Assembly: GCA_964035545.1 (NCBI GenBank)
Contig: OZ037772.1
Location: 11,406,818-11,470,817 of the forward strand
Length of the DNA: 64,000 bases
Source: Bugula neritina
Lineage: Eukaryota; Animalia; Bryozoa
Direction of reading: 5' to 3'
The translations under genes were made by a program, and so were the position numbers. This document shows, in pieces, positions 34,261-46,357 of this stretch. Position 1 is the first letter of the stretch; each line of letters starts with the position of its first letter. The notes under the pieces were generated by a model that saw only the letters and a program-made list of their open reading frames with translations, made no database searches and was not told where the DNA came from.

Positions 34261-35204
34261 ACATATTATTTTACCTAAAACTTCCTGCATATTATAGTAT
34301 TGTTGTAGACAGTAGTTTATGTTTTTAAAGCAATTTCGTAAAATAACTAACATATTGTGTTTTATTTTTAGCCAGCATTTGAAATATTTTCCCTGGATTC
34401 AAACTTTAACCTGACAAATAATAAATAGAAAATTATATTTGAAATATGATGTAATATACATAATGATAAGATATAATACACATAATGATAATATAAGATT
34501 ATTATATGGTACACAAAAAATAAAATACAGACGCAAACCTTGAACTGATGAGGCTATAGAACTTTCCCTGGAGAATTTTTTTTCTAATGCCATGTTAGTT
34601 GGCTCTCGCTCTATAGCTTTTAGAACTGATAAATCCAACAATCAAACCTGAAATTATAATAAGTTCAATGAAGTAAAACACAGAACCTAATTTTATTCAT
34701 ATTATATCCTATAGGAGTTCATGAAATAACTTTTTAGAATCTTGATTTTCAGTTCCGGCCAATATTTAAGTTGCAAATTTGCATAAACAATTGCAGGAGA
34801 GAAAAGTGATGTGGCATAAATAGCAAAACCAAACTGACATATATTAAAAGTTTATGCAAATTTAACTTTTTAATAAAATTGGTAAAAAACATGAAGTGGT
34901 TAGCTCTGTAAGTAGCAAGTCACACAATATAATAGTAAATACTATAAAATAGCATAAGTACTTCAATAGGTATAATATATTTGACTGAACGAGCTAAATA
35001 GAAACCTTATAGAAATTATGCAATTGATGTAGTAAAAAAAGCAATGAAAATAGCTTACAATTGTGATAATGTTACTTTAATATCAGATATATAACCAGCA
35101 TTCACCATATAGTTAGGAAATTATATTATATAGGCATGCTAGTATATTTGACATTAAGTTGATTAAACACTTCAATTAAAGTTGACGTATTACCTGATGA
35201 TGTG
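30852..35204 (-). CDS. Catalytically dead caspase-fold (pseudo-caspase) module with a Ser/Thr linker
   Basis: Exons 35204-35194 (11-nt microexon, tentative), 34625-34539, 33076-33017, 32090-31792, 31217-30852. Caspase landmarks in order: NILLL, VYENPSSKTLETVL, GTLVLVKD (SHG position), NLKDKPK|VFVIQND (PKxFxxQAC position), ERDILILVSKSP, DLNQVFENV, TTMSRKL. The phase-0 intron after PK is shared with the upstream active caspase. Confidence 0.7.
32612..33736. repeat. About 125-bp direct repeat pair (32612-32738 and 33607-33736) flanking exon 33076-33017
   Basis: TTTTTATTGATACTTATTTTGGTCAACGCTATTATAGAATTGTCCAG...CACTCACTAC near-identical in both places. Confidence 0.9.
32750..32930 (+). mobile_element. 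tRNA-derived SINE
   Basis: A-box-like TCTAGGGGTTAG, B-box GGGTTCGAACCC, body AAAGGCCATTGGTGATGTTAAAAAGAGCATCCAGGC; related copies elsewhere in the window. Confidence 0.75.
33780..33997. mobile_element. MITE with 29-bp TIRs and an internal AT-rich palindrome
   Basis: TAGACTGTAAGATATATTTAAATACTTTT / AAAAGTATTTAAATATATCTTACAGTCTA; TSD readable as TA or ATT; inner hairpin about 33808-33864. Confidence 0.85.
34080..34262. repeat. AT-rich microsatellites (AAAT)n/(TA)n
   Basis: Direct inspection. Confidence 0.9.
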
Positions 35205-35654
35205 CTAATAATAAAAGCATTAAATAGATTAGGTAATTAAATTTAACAAACAAATCAAGAAAGTTAAAAATAAACAGCGAGTTTAATTTTTTTATTTTTT
35301 GTACAGTACTTCCAATTTAATATTTATATTTATTTTAGTTTGAATTTAATATATTATATAAGCATAATATACATTATTTTAGGTTTGGTGCAAAACAATG
35401 CAGGGAATGCCTTTTAAATGTTCATTAAAGTTTTCTTATGTTATCAGCACCTCCTGAAAGAATAAATGCAATAGTGGAAATTTTAAAAAAAATGTGTGAA
35501 CAAGAAATTCTTTAAACCACTATAAAAATAAAAACTTGGTTAATTCTCTTTAAAATCATTATTATCATTTATTATATATTGCAGCTGATGCCGCAATTTA
35601 GGATGGAGTTTAGAATAGAGGGTAGATTATAGTCTAAGGTTAAATTAAGCGCAG

Positions 35655-36225
35655 AGTATAGGATAAAGCATTGAATAGAGTATAGGATAAAGTATAGAAT
35701 AGAGTATAGGATAAAGTATAGAATAGAGTATAGGATAAAGTATAGAATAGAGTATAGAATAGAGTGTAGAATAGAGTGCAGACTAGAGTATAGAATAGAG
35801 TATAGAAAAGAGTTAGAATAAAGTTAGGACAGTGGTGACAGAGGGAAGAACTAGGACAATGGTGGCAGAGGGAAGAGCTAGGATAGTGGGAGCACAGGTA
35901 AGAGCTAGGATAGTGGTGGCAGAGGTAAGAGAGAAGACAGTGGTGGCGCAGGTAAGAGTTAGGATAGTGGTAGCACAGGTAAGAGTTAAGATAGTGGTGA
36001 CAGAGGTAAGAGAGAAGACAGTGGTGGCACAGGTAAGAGTTAGGATAGTGGTAGCACAGGTAAGAGTTAGGATAGTGGTAGCACAGATAAGAGTTAGGAC
36101 AGTGGTGGCAGAGGTAAGAGAGAAGACAGTGGTAGCACAGGTAAAAGTTAGGACAGTGGTGGCACAGGTAAGAGTTAGGATAGTGGTGGCAGAGGTAAGA
36201 GAGAAGACAGTGGTGGCACAGGTAA
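35655..36225. repeat. Compound tandem array: 12/24-bp TATAGAATAGAG units, then a 21-bp minisatellite (GGTAAGAGTTAGGATAGTGGTGGCACA-like, about 19 copies)
   Basis: Direct inspection; explains the repetitive ORFs 35813-36268 and 35832-36263. Confidence 0.9.
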
Positions 36226-36587
36226 GGCGCCGGGTGCCATGCCGGAGGTCAGGGACCTTTTGATTCATGAGTAATTATTACTCATGCCTGTCGCCTATTG
36301 CCCAGTTCAGACGATTCTCATAAAACAAGCTTTGTCTGATTTTTGTTCTAGTGTTTTATATTATAAAAGTTTTAGCTTTTTATAAACAAATCTAAAAAAT
36401 GTTAGCACACCTAAACTTTTAATGATGTTGGTAAAAAATTAACAAATTAAAACCCAGATGAATCTAAAAACAAAAACTCAATATGTGATTAGGCTAACTC
36501 TAAACCCTCAAAAACAAAGCAATAATAAACAACTCTATATGGTGCTTTCAAACAAAACCTGTGTCAGCTAACTAGACCTAACATCTG

Positions 36588-39500
36588 CTACCCAGCATTT
36601 TGCATTCTCAGATAAATGTTTTTTAAGCATATTTTCTTTGTGCAGTTAGTACGTGCCCAAGGAGTCTGGTCAGACTCTCGTCTCATCTTTATTTCCAGCC
36701 TTATGAGCACATCCGACATGCTTTCATTGAACTTTAACTTTTTTAGAATCTTCCCTAGCTTAGGTATCATGTTATCACGGTAAGCTAATGTGCCGGGCTT
36801 GCACGCCATTAGAACGTAGAAGTTTGGTCCGGGAAAATCGATTGACTGTGGAGGACCCAAATCTGGTGCTTCTTTCAGTGCGTCTGCTGCAAGTGTGAGA
36901 GGCAGATCAGGTGATAATTAAGACAGCATAGGTGTGGCAGTTGGCCAAATATTGTTATTACTCCATTGTTTAAAATATATCATCATTAAAACAACATTTT
37001 TAAATAATTTTAATCCTGATATTTATATATAGGTTGTAGTTAACAAGCAAGTTACAGTAGGCTCTACTAAGTTACAATACGTTTCCTAGAATTTTGAGGA
37101 TTGAAATGCTATTATTTATTTTGATATGAATATCTTGGGCTTTTATTGTCTTACTAATATTTTGCACTAAATTTAACTTACCTCTGTGGTCATGATGAAA
37201 CCTGTTGAGAGATTTGTTGCAAGCTTGTACAAACAGCATCTAAAAGATAAATCTGAAAGTGTGAAAAACTTTGCTATGTTTCCATGATACTGATAATATG
37301 TTGCTATACTATGTTTCAATCCTGTTATTAGTTAATGTTTTTAAGCCTACAAAACATTGCATAGAACTCAACATTGAATGATTTGAGACTATATAGTAAA
37401 GTTAAGCTATTAATTAGTAATGCATGGACTTCTATTGTCAATAGAGGGGATTCCCCTCAAGTTTTTACATGAACATTTTATGTAAATATGACAATTTATA
37501 TAAGCAAATATTTGAGTAGAGCGAAGCACATTTATATGAGTCAAATATACAGTGCATTTATATATTGTATAGTATCATGATTTGAGTAGATGAATAAAGT
37601 ATTAATTAGTTTAGCATTAATGTTCAATATAATAATTGACTTAGGATTGATTTTTACGGATGGTTCAACACCATTCCTTTAGCTTTGTCATACTATGTAT
37701 AGTAGCTATTCAGATGTTAGCAAAATATTACTTGCAATATAATATATAGAATAAAATGATCAATGATGAAAACAGCTTTCAAAAAGACTTTGGTTGGTGT
37801 AGAATTGCACGGAAGATAGAAATTGGTAGCAAGTCTGCTGCTATAAATGTGTCACAATATATTAAAACAAAAGTGATGATGCATAAGTAGTGGAGACCTT
37901 CAAATGTGCTGTTTGCAAACCTATTAGGGCATTTTTTGGCAAGTTTATAGATTAAAAATATATAATTACATTTGCAATTTTTATTTCAACTTCTTACGCA
38001 ATTAAATAAATCAGAAGTTGTTTTAGCATGTTTCACTACCACAAGTCATTATAATATACACTTATAATATATTTATAGGAAATTATTATATAGTTATAAC
38101 ACGTACTTACATACATACGCTATTACTATACGCAGTGTAGAATAAGTTAGCATAAATAAAAATAAATTTGAGCTGCAAAGTTAAACTCTGCCATTAGGAT
38201 AACATAATTTACAAAACTATTCACTAAATAATCATATGGTATGTTGTTCTCTCACCTTTGGTAGCCCTGCAGGAATCGCCTCATTCATTTCTTTGAGAAT
38301 TTCATTATAATAAACCCTTTCACCCTGTTCTGTAAAGATGCTGTAGTTACTGCCATGGCACATCATGCAGACCAACATGGCTGATTTAAACCTTTTCTCT
38401 TCAGCTTTAGATATTGCTCTGAGGATGTTTGCTTTAGAATCAGCTCTACATTCAATGCTTTTAATTTTCAATTTTTTCAACCCACTGATTAAGGCCTCTC
38501 TTTCTTCCAACGCACCATCTCTCCCTTCCACAGCATAAATTACGAGGCAGTATGGTGCATCTGTCAAACAATAGCATCCGTCATTTGCCTGTCTTTGAGC
38601 CCATTTCAGAAAATTTCCTACTTGGCCATTTGCTAATACTTCAGCCGTCTTTCCTTCGCTATTCCTTAAGCCTAAAAACTCTTTAGTCTTGTTGGCTCCT
38701 GCACAAGTCACGATTCTTTTTGCCATTTTTAAATTTCCAAACTTTGCTGCTATGTGCAGTATTGTGTTTCTATCTCTGTCAATCATTTGCATGCAACTTG
38801 TCTGGGATATCACTGAAATCATAAGAGATGCTTGTAGTTAAAATTCCTCACAGTAAATAATCTTCAGTAACCTTCTATGTAATGGTGAAATCTTCAATAG
38901 CTAACAATGCTGCAGCTGTGTTAGTGTAATATTTGTTCAGATAGGTAAACTTTACTTTATACTTTCACTAAGACAACTGATTCTACACATTAATGCAGAA
39001 TACAAAACATTAAAACAGGATAATAATATAGCAATAGAATAGCTGTAGCAACAGCAGCAATTGAAAATGTTACTTGAACCCAAATTGAAATTATGTCATA
39101 TCCCATAAAAATATAACCACAGCAAAGCTTGTATACAGCACTATAGAATCATGGTTAACTCTAAATTTTGCAAACACTGTTAGAAGCTGCAGTTATTAAT
39201 GTTGAATGTCAACCACTTTATAGTATATATTGCAAAAAGCTATTTAGATAGATGAATTTTAAACATAAATGATACTTATAAACCCCTTTTCTTGCAACTG
39301 CTTCACCTAGGTGGCTAATAAACAAGCTACTGTTTGCAGACTGCAGAGTGTAATTCTACCTATAATAATAACAGTTTACCTTTCAGGTAAGTTTGCTCAT
39401 CCAGGATTCTGTCATGTAAGCTAGCAGTGATATTTGGGGCAAAATGCATCAGTAAACAGATCTTGTAAAAGTCAAGGTGTTGGTGCATAGCACTAGCATA

Positions 39501-39890
39501 CATAGTATGCATGACCAATAAGGCAGCGAATTTGATTTTTAGAGGGTGGTTGCATCTAACAGCCTGTAGATACATGCTTATACAGAACAGCAAAATATTA
39601 AAATTGTCTGAACACTTTGTTGGTATTAGCTCGACAGCGACATCTTTCCACAAGTCTTCTGCATTAAAAAAAGCTGCTAAATTCTCAGGTGTTGAGAGCT
39701 CTAAAGAATGTTTTCCTTGTTTATTTTTTCTTTTCAATAAAGAAAATTTGGTTTTCGTATCATAGAGCCTCAGTTCACCGAGTAGTTTTTTGTAGTCATC
39801 AGCTGCGAATAGGCTATGCAGGCTTTTTTCTTGACCTTCACCTTTAGCTCTACAATCCACGTTGTTATTTGACTCTCCATTAGACTGCAT
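36588..39890 (-). CDS. Ankyrin-repeat-containing caspase (peptidase C14A), about 474 aa if it ends at the first stop
   Basis: Exons 39890-39380, 38812-38256, 37239-37182, 36886-36588 are phase-consistent. Ankyrin motifs DRDRNTILHIAAKFGNLKMAKRIV and RNSEGKTAEVLA. p20: CLVI, RDGALEE, VCMMCHG (catalytic His), LPK|MLFVQACN (catalytic Cys). p10: NFYVLMACKPGTLAYR, QTP, TKKICL. Confidence 0.88.
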
Positions 39891-39949
39891 ATTACGGAAA
39901 AGACTAATCCGACAGTGTTCTTTGATAGGAAGCAGACTACATTCAATGG

Positions 39950-42900
39950 TGAGTCTATTTAACTACTTTCTCTTAAGCTGGATGGCGGTAAGTTATATAT
40001 ATACCATCTTTATTCGAGTAAGTAGGACACTGCCGCGGAGCACTGAGCTCAGCCTGTACACTGCTTTGTATTAATCTTATTTTGTTATGTAGGCATAGCA
40101 GTCCTCGTCAGCAAAACTCAATACAAAAAAATTCTTTTCCAAAATGTGCAGCTATTATACTTTTGTTTACCCAGTTAACACCTTAAGTGTAAAGTATACA
40201 GAGATCTTTCAAAGTTCAAACAAAAGACTTGCTGCATGTATGCTTTACAGTCTATCAGTACTTTATTGATTGATTATCAGACCCCCACCCTCGGCATCTG
40301 ACTATTCAGACTTGTAGTTGTATTGTATAGGAGGTGTGTTGTTATTATAAACAGGTTTAGCTGCCTTGGGATGTTTTACCTGCCATTTACCTGTATATAT
40401 TATATAAGATAAATCCACATAATTTGGTTGAGTTGACTTCAAGACTACAAATTCTTTATCTTGTCATATTCCTGATATTCAGTGGCAATAGCTCTAATCA
40501 AGGCCAGTCAACTTAATTTGTGCAATACTCACTAGTAGATGATATCTTATATACATTTTAACCTATATTATTCAATTTACTAGACTTTTATGTGCAGCAT
40601 GGATCTAAATATTGACACAATGAAGTGCAGAGTTGTGTCCTCGTACAGGATAACTCAACAAAAATTAAAAATGGGTTTTATTTCTATGGTTTTCACCCTT
40701 TTTACATTCATTGTTGACAGTCTAGGCAGGGTTTCCTACCATTTGATGAACTATGCTGCCCAGAAAAAGTGCAAAACCAATAAGCAATCTTCCTTAATAG
40801 AAGTGAATAAAAGGCCATTTTATTGCTGGTGGTACTTCACCCTGCCATTTAGTCAGTTTTTTATGGCTGTGCTGATTGGCATGTGATTTTATGTGCCAGG
40901 TTTCATTTGGTGGGATGTGAACAAGCCTTTTCATGCATGAAATTTTTGCATTTTAGCAATTTTTTTTAAAATCATTTTGTGGAGTTGTGTTGCACTGCGT
41001 GCCTCTGCTTGTTTTCTGTTAAGTTCTTTTAACTTTTGTAAGTAAGTATTGGATGTGTATGAATAAAGGTGTGCTATTTTTAAAAACTGCCCTTTTCACA
41101 AAATATTTACTTTATAGAGTGCTATATATTATTGTAAAACAATTTATTAAAACGTAAAAAACTATTTTTTTCTGTTTATGGTGTGTATTTTGAAAAATAA
41201 ATAAATAAATCTATATAAATACAATAATTGCAAGGGGGGACAAACCCTAAACTTATCCTTGAAAATGAGTGAAAACACCCAATTCTCTTATCAACCACAG
41301 TAAAAATGCATATTTTATACATCTATTATAGTACATCCAGCTGCATGCGAGCCAGCCAGGGCTAATTGTCATTTTTTCTAGCCGCAAATAGGAAGTCACA
41401 TGACAACCAAATTCCACGTTCTATTAGTTTAAAGAAAGTGGTATCTTTCCTAATGGTTTTTTATAACTCTACAAAACCTAAAAAAATGCTCAAAATAAGT
41501 CTATTTAACTACTTTCTCTTAAGCTGAGTAGCTGTAAGTTATATATACACCATCTTTATCAGAGTAAGTAAAGGCACTGCGCTACGAAGCACTGAGCTTA
41601 GCCTGTCACTATGCACTGCTTTGTATTGGTTTTGTTTTGTTATGTAGGCATAGCAGCTAGCGTCAGCAAAACTCAATACAAAAAACTTATTTTCCAAAAT
41701 GTGCAGCTATTATACTTTTGTTTGGCCAATTAACACATCAAACATACTTTTGTTAACACATCGTGCAAAGTATACAGAAATCTTTCAAAGTTCAGGCTGA
41801 AACTAGTCAATGCGATAATTTATTCAAACAAAAGACTTACTGCTGCATGCTTTACATTCTATCAATATTTTATTGATTGATTAGTTTAAAGGAAATGACA
41901 TTTTTTTCTAATGGTTTTTTCATAACTCTATAAAACCTAAAAAAGTTGCTCAAAATTCAAAGTAAAGTGGGTTTAATCTCTATGGTTTCTACTCTTTTTG
42001 CATCCATTGTTGACAGTCTAAACAGGGTTTCCTACCATTTTATGAACGATGCTGCCCATAACAGGTGTGAAACCAATAAGCAATCTTCCTTAATAGAAGT
42101 GAATAAAAGGCCATTTTATTGCTGGTGGTACTTCAGTCTGCCATTTTTGTGAGCTTTTTATGGCTGTGCTGGTTGTTATATGATTTTATGTGCCAGGTTT
42201 CATTTGGTGCGATGTGAACAAGCCTTTTCATGCATGCATGAAATTTTAGCATTTTAGCAATATTATTTTCAAAACCTGTCTCAAAGGACTGTGATGCAAT
42301 TCGTGCCTCTGCTTGTTTTCTGTTAAGTTCTTTTAACTTTTGTAAGTAAGTATTGGATGTGTATGAATAAAGGTGTGCTATTTTAAAAATTGCCCTTTTC
42401 ACAAAATATTTACTTTATAGAGTGCTATATATTATTGTAAAACAATTTATTAAAGCGTAAAAAACTATTTTTTTCTGTTTATGGTGTGTATTTTTAAAAA
42501 TAAATAAATAAATCTATATAAATACAATAATTGCAAGGGGGGACAAACCCTAAACTTATCCTTGAAAATGAGTGAAAACACCCAATTCTCTTATCAACCA
42601 CAGTAAAAATGCATATTTTATACATCTATTATAGTACATCTAACTGCATGAGAGCCAATCAGGGCTAATTGTCATTTTTCTAGCAGCATATAGGAAGTCA
42701 CATGACAACCAACTAGCATACTCTATTAGTTTAAAGGAAGTGACATTTTTTCCTAATGGTTTTTCATAACTCTACAAAAAGGAAAGGTGTAAAGCCAATA
42801 AGCAATCTTTCTTAATAGAGGTGAATAAAAGGCTATTTTATTGCTGGTGGTACTTCAGTCTGCCATTTTGTCAGCTTTTTATGGCTGTGCTGGTTGGTAT

Positions 42901-44700
42901 GTGATTTTATGTGCCAGGTTTCATTTAGATTTTAGTGTGATGTGAACAAGCCTTTTCCTGCATGAAGCTTTTGCATTTTAGCAACTTTTTTAAAAATCAT
43001 TTTTGTGGAGTTGCAGTGCACCTCGTGCCTCTGCTTGTTTTCTGTGAAGTTCTTTTAACTTTTGTAAGTAAGTATTGGATTTGTATGAATACAGGTGTGC
43101 TATTTTTAAAACTGCCTTTTTCACAAAATATTTACTTTATAGAGTAATATTTATTATTGTAAAACTATTATTAAAGCGTGTAAAACCATTTTTTTTCTGT
43201 TTATGATGGGTATTTGTAAAAATAAATAAATAAATACAATAAATGCAGGGGGGACAAACCCTAAAACTAACTACATAACATCCACAATTTGCTCAAAATT
43301 CGGAAAAAATGGGCTGTTTGCAGATTTTGATCTACATAATTTTAGCACTAAAACCAATTCTCAGCTTTATTGAGACACCTTTTCTAAGCTTTACTGTTGT
43401 CTGGGCAGTATATTTCATGAACTGAGGTTGATTTCTATGGTCTAGATCTCTTTTCATGTTCATTGTCAGCAGTCTAGGTCAGGAAAATGATCTGCTGGTA
43501 GGTATTTCACCATTTCATTTCTAGAAAAGGTGTCTTGTGCAAAACCAATAAACAATCTCCCTCTTCGGAGGTGAAAATCCTATTTTATTGCTGATGGTAC
43601 TTCTAGTCTGTGTCAGTGTTTTTATGTATATACTGGTTGGTATGTCCTTTTATGTGCTTAGTTCTATTCTTGTAAAAGACCTTTTTTATGAATTGTTTGC
43701 AACTTCAAAGTGTTTTGTAGAGTTGTCCTGCACGAGGACATAACTCCTATTTGTAAATGTTTTTAGCCCCTGAAGCTGTTACAGTTAAGAGCAAACAGTG
43801 GGGTGAGCACATTTTCTGACTTGTTAGTTATTGATGCATATTTATTTTGCAGCGCCTTTAATATCTTTGCTATGATTAGTAGGCTGTGTGTTCAGGGGTT
43901 GATAACTATGATAGGTACCCCTATTTAATGAGAGCGGATTAGATAAAGGTTATGTGTGTTATTTTCTCAAATCAATAAAGTAAAAACGTAGGTGTGATAT
44001 TACCAAAAGAGCCTTGTTTTTATAAAAAAAAATATTTTTTAATATATTATTCATTATTGAAAGGTATAAAAGTTTAGAAAAATCTTTTGTTTTGTTTATT
44101 CCTTGTGTATTTTCAATAATATTAAATACATCTGAATGTAATAAATGTAAGGGGGACAAATCCTAAATTTAAAGTTTTGTTGCGTCAAAATAAAAAATCA
44201 AGTAATTCAATCAACCATAGCAATATATATGTTGCATTCGATGATTTTAGAAAATTAGAAAGTTGCATGAAAAGACCAATTGGGCGTATTTATTCAACTG
44301 AAAATGAGCACATAGTCATACGAGGCAATCCAATTTCCGTACTATAATATTATTATTTTTAAGAGAAGGGCAATTGCCTTAGCATTCACCCAGTGGGCTT
44401 AAATTAGTAAAATGATTAGTTATGTTGACTTATAAATGCAGCTAAGGTAATTTTATACAAAGTATAATAATAGTTTATGTCACAAGATGCATGCTTGGCA
44501 TATAGTGCAAACAGTGTATATCACGGCCATATAGAAACTGTAAAATAGGCAAGTTTTTTGTGAAATTATTGTCGATTAATTTATAAAGTTCAGTCCTTAA
44601 ATTTTTATATTTGTTTGTTTTTTAATTAGCATACTTTGTAAAGTTTTTGTAATACTCTGCCCGATTAGATAAATACATGGGGGACAAATCTAAATATTTT
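39950..44700. repeat. Nested kb-scale tandem duplications upstream of the caspase gene
   Basis: 39951-40275 resembles 41498-41885. 40670-41500 resembles 41960-42780 and (partially) 42790-43265. More diverged copies at about 43420-43700 and 43970-44340. Marker GGGGACAAA(C/T)C occurs at about 41237, 42538, 43249, 44152 and 44679. Confidence 0.88.
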
Positions 44701-45889
44701 GCATTTTATTTCCTCTATTAAATGAAATGAAATGAAGTATTAGTAAATCGTATACAATAAACATTTTGACTAATTAACTGTGCTATTTTAGAATTTTGAG
44801 CCGGTTGCATATAGAGCTATATTATAGCAGTAAACAGACATGTTACATCTGCAGAATAAACCAATGGAAGTACAGGCATCAACGTGGCAAAAAAAACTCT
44901 TGTATTAATAGTAACACCAGAGCACCTGCACATTATGTAATACATTAAGCTATGATTAAGTTAAGCTGTGACTTGCTGCGGAGGTTTAAGAAACAAAACA
45001 CCTGCTGGACATGTTATAGGGAATTGTTTTGTGTAAACAAAGCTGCAGAAATGCAATATGCAACGTAAATGACCACAGACAAGTGTAATAATGTATATAT
45101 ACATTCTACTACAAAAATACTATAAAATTAGTGTTTAATAATAGTTTAGTGCTACAAGCTGAGGCCCACACCTGATGACGGCAATTTATCATAATTTAGA
45201 CAGCTAGGGTGACTTAAGATTTTGATACATACAACTAAATATAGATTATACTGCCACATTGGAATAAACCTTTTTGGCGAATATTGTGCTTATTTTATAT
45301 AGAGCTTAAAATGTCTACAGGGATTTACATAAAGTATGATGGCTAGAAATTATGTGCTTTAAATTGCAAGAGGCACTCATTTTCATTTAAGTATTTCATA
45401 ACTATTTTACTTCCTAAAATGTCTTTCATAGTTGTTGGGCTGAAATACTAAATCAATTTATATGTGGAGTAGTAAAAGGTTGCAGGTAGAGTAATTTATT
45501 ACAATACACAGCATGCCTTTGCGTGGAATAATTAATGTTTGAATCCAACAATTAACAAGTTTACAAATATATAATTGCATTTATTGTACTATAAATAGAA
45601 TACAAAATTTTAAACACAACAGCGGAACGACTGATAGAGATTAAAACAACACTGAATGTTTCTCATATAAATATATAATTCTGAATAGACATTGTATGAA
45701 TAATAAAATACTATGTTAGAAATATAGAGTGAGTGTCAGCACAGGAAATGCATGTTAGAAGTTGTCACGTTGCCGTTGGAAACAGAAAATATGAAACTTC
45801 AACATGTGACAAGATTAGTTTGGAGAATTAGTGTAACCTTTGGCTAAGAGTAGTTAGAGTGACTATGTAGAGGCAGTGCGAGGTGCAGT

Positions 45890-46005
45890 AGTACTAGCAG
45901 TGAGTACTAGTAACTGTTAGTACCTACTTACAGTTACTAGTACTCACTGTTAGTAGGTACTAACAGTTACTAGTACTCACTGCTACTAGGTACTAACAGT
46001 TAGTA
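45890..46005. repeat. Mixed direct/inverted repeat in the NPDC1 3' UTR region
   Basis: CAGTGAGTACTAGTAACTGT followed by two copies of its reverse complement ACAGTTACTAGTACTCACTG. Confidence 0.75.
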
Positions 46006-46357
46006 GATAGAGGGCGTGGCTGTATTTCCTTTCCACTAAATAATGTCAACCTTAAGCTAAAGATGATTTGAAGAAACTAATTAAAAATGAATACAATTTG
46101 TGACTTTGGATTTTGATTAAAACTAGGAATGTTTTCCAAAACTAGAATTATAGAAACAAGAATAAAGAGTGCACATTAAAGTTATTCACTCAAACAAATA
46201 GAATAAGGGAACTTAGAGAGTTGAGAGTCACAACAGAGAGCACGGTAAACAGTATATAATGATACAAAACAGTTAGAAACAGGAGTACAGGTAGAATATT
46301 CTCTAATGCAGTATAATACAATGGCAACGTTGTGTAGTCACTCAGCTTGAGTCCATT

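Noticed and set aside
35813-36268. Repetitive ORFs on both strands (143 and 151 aa)
   Set aside because: By-product of a stop-free 21-bp minisatellite; no splice or homology support.
40590-43147. Family of small paralogous ORFs in the duplicated block
   Set aside because: Frames and stops are not conserved between copies; similarity reflects DNA duplication only.
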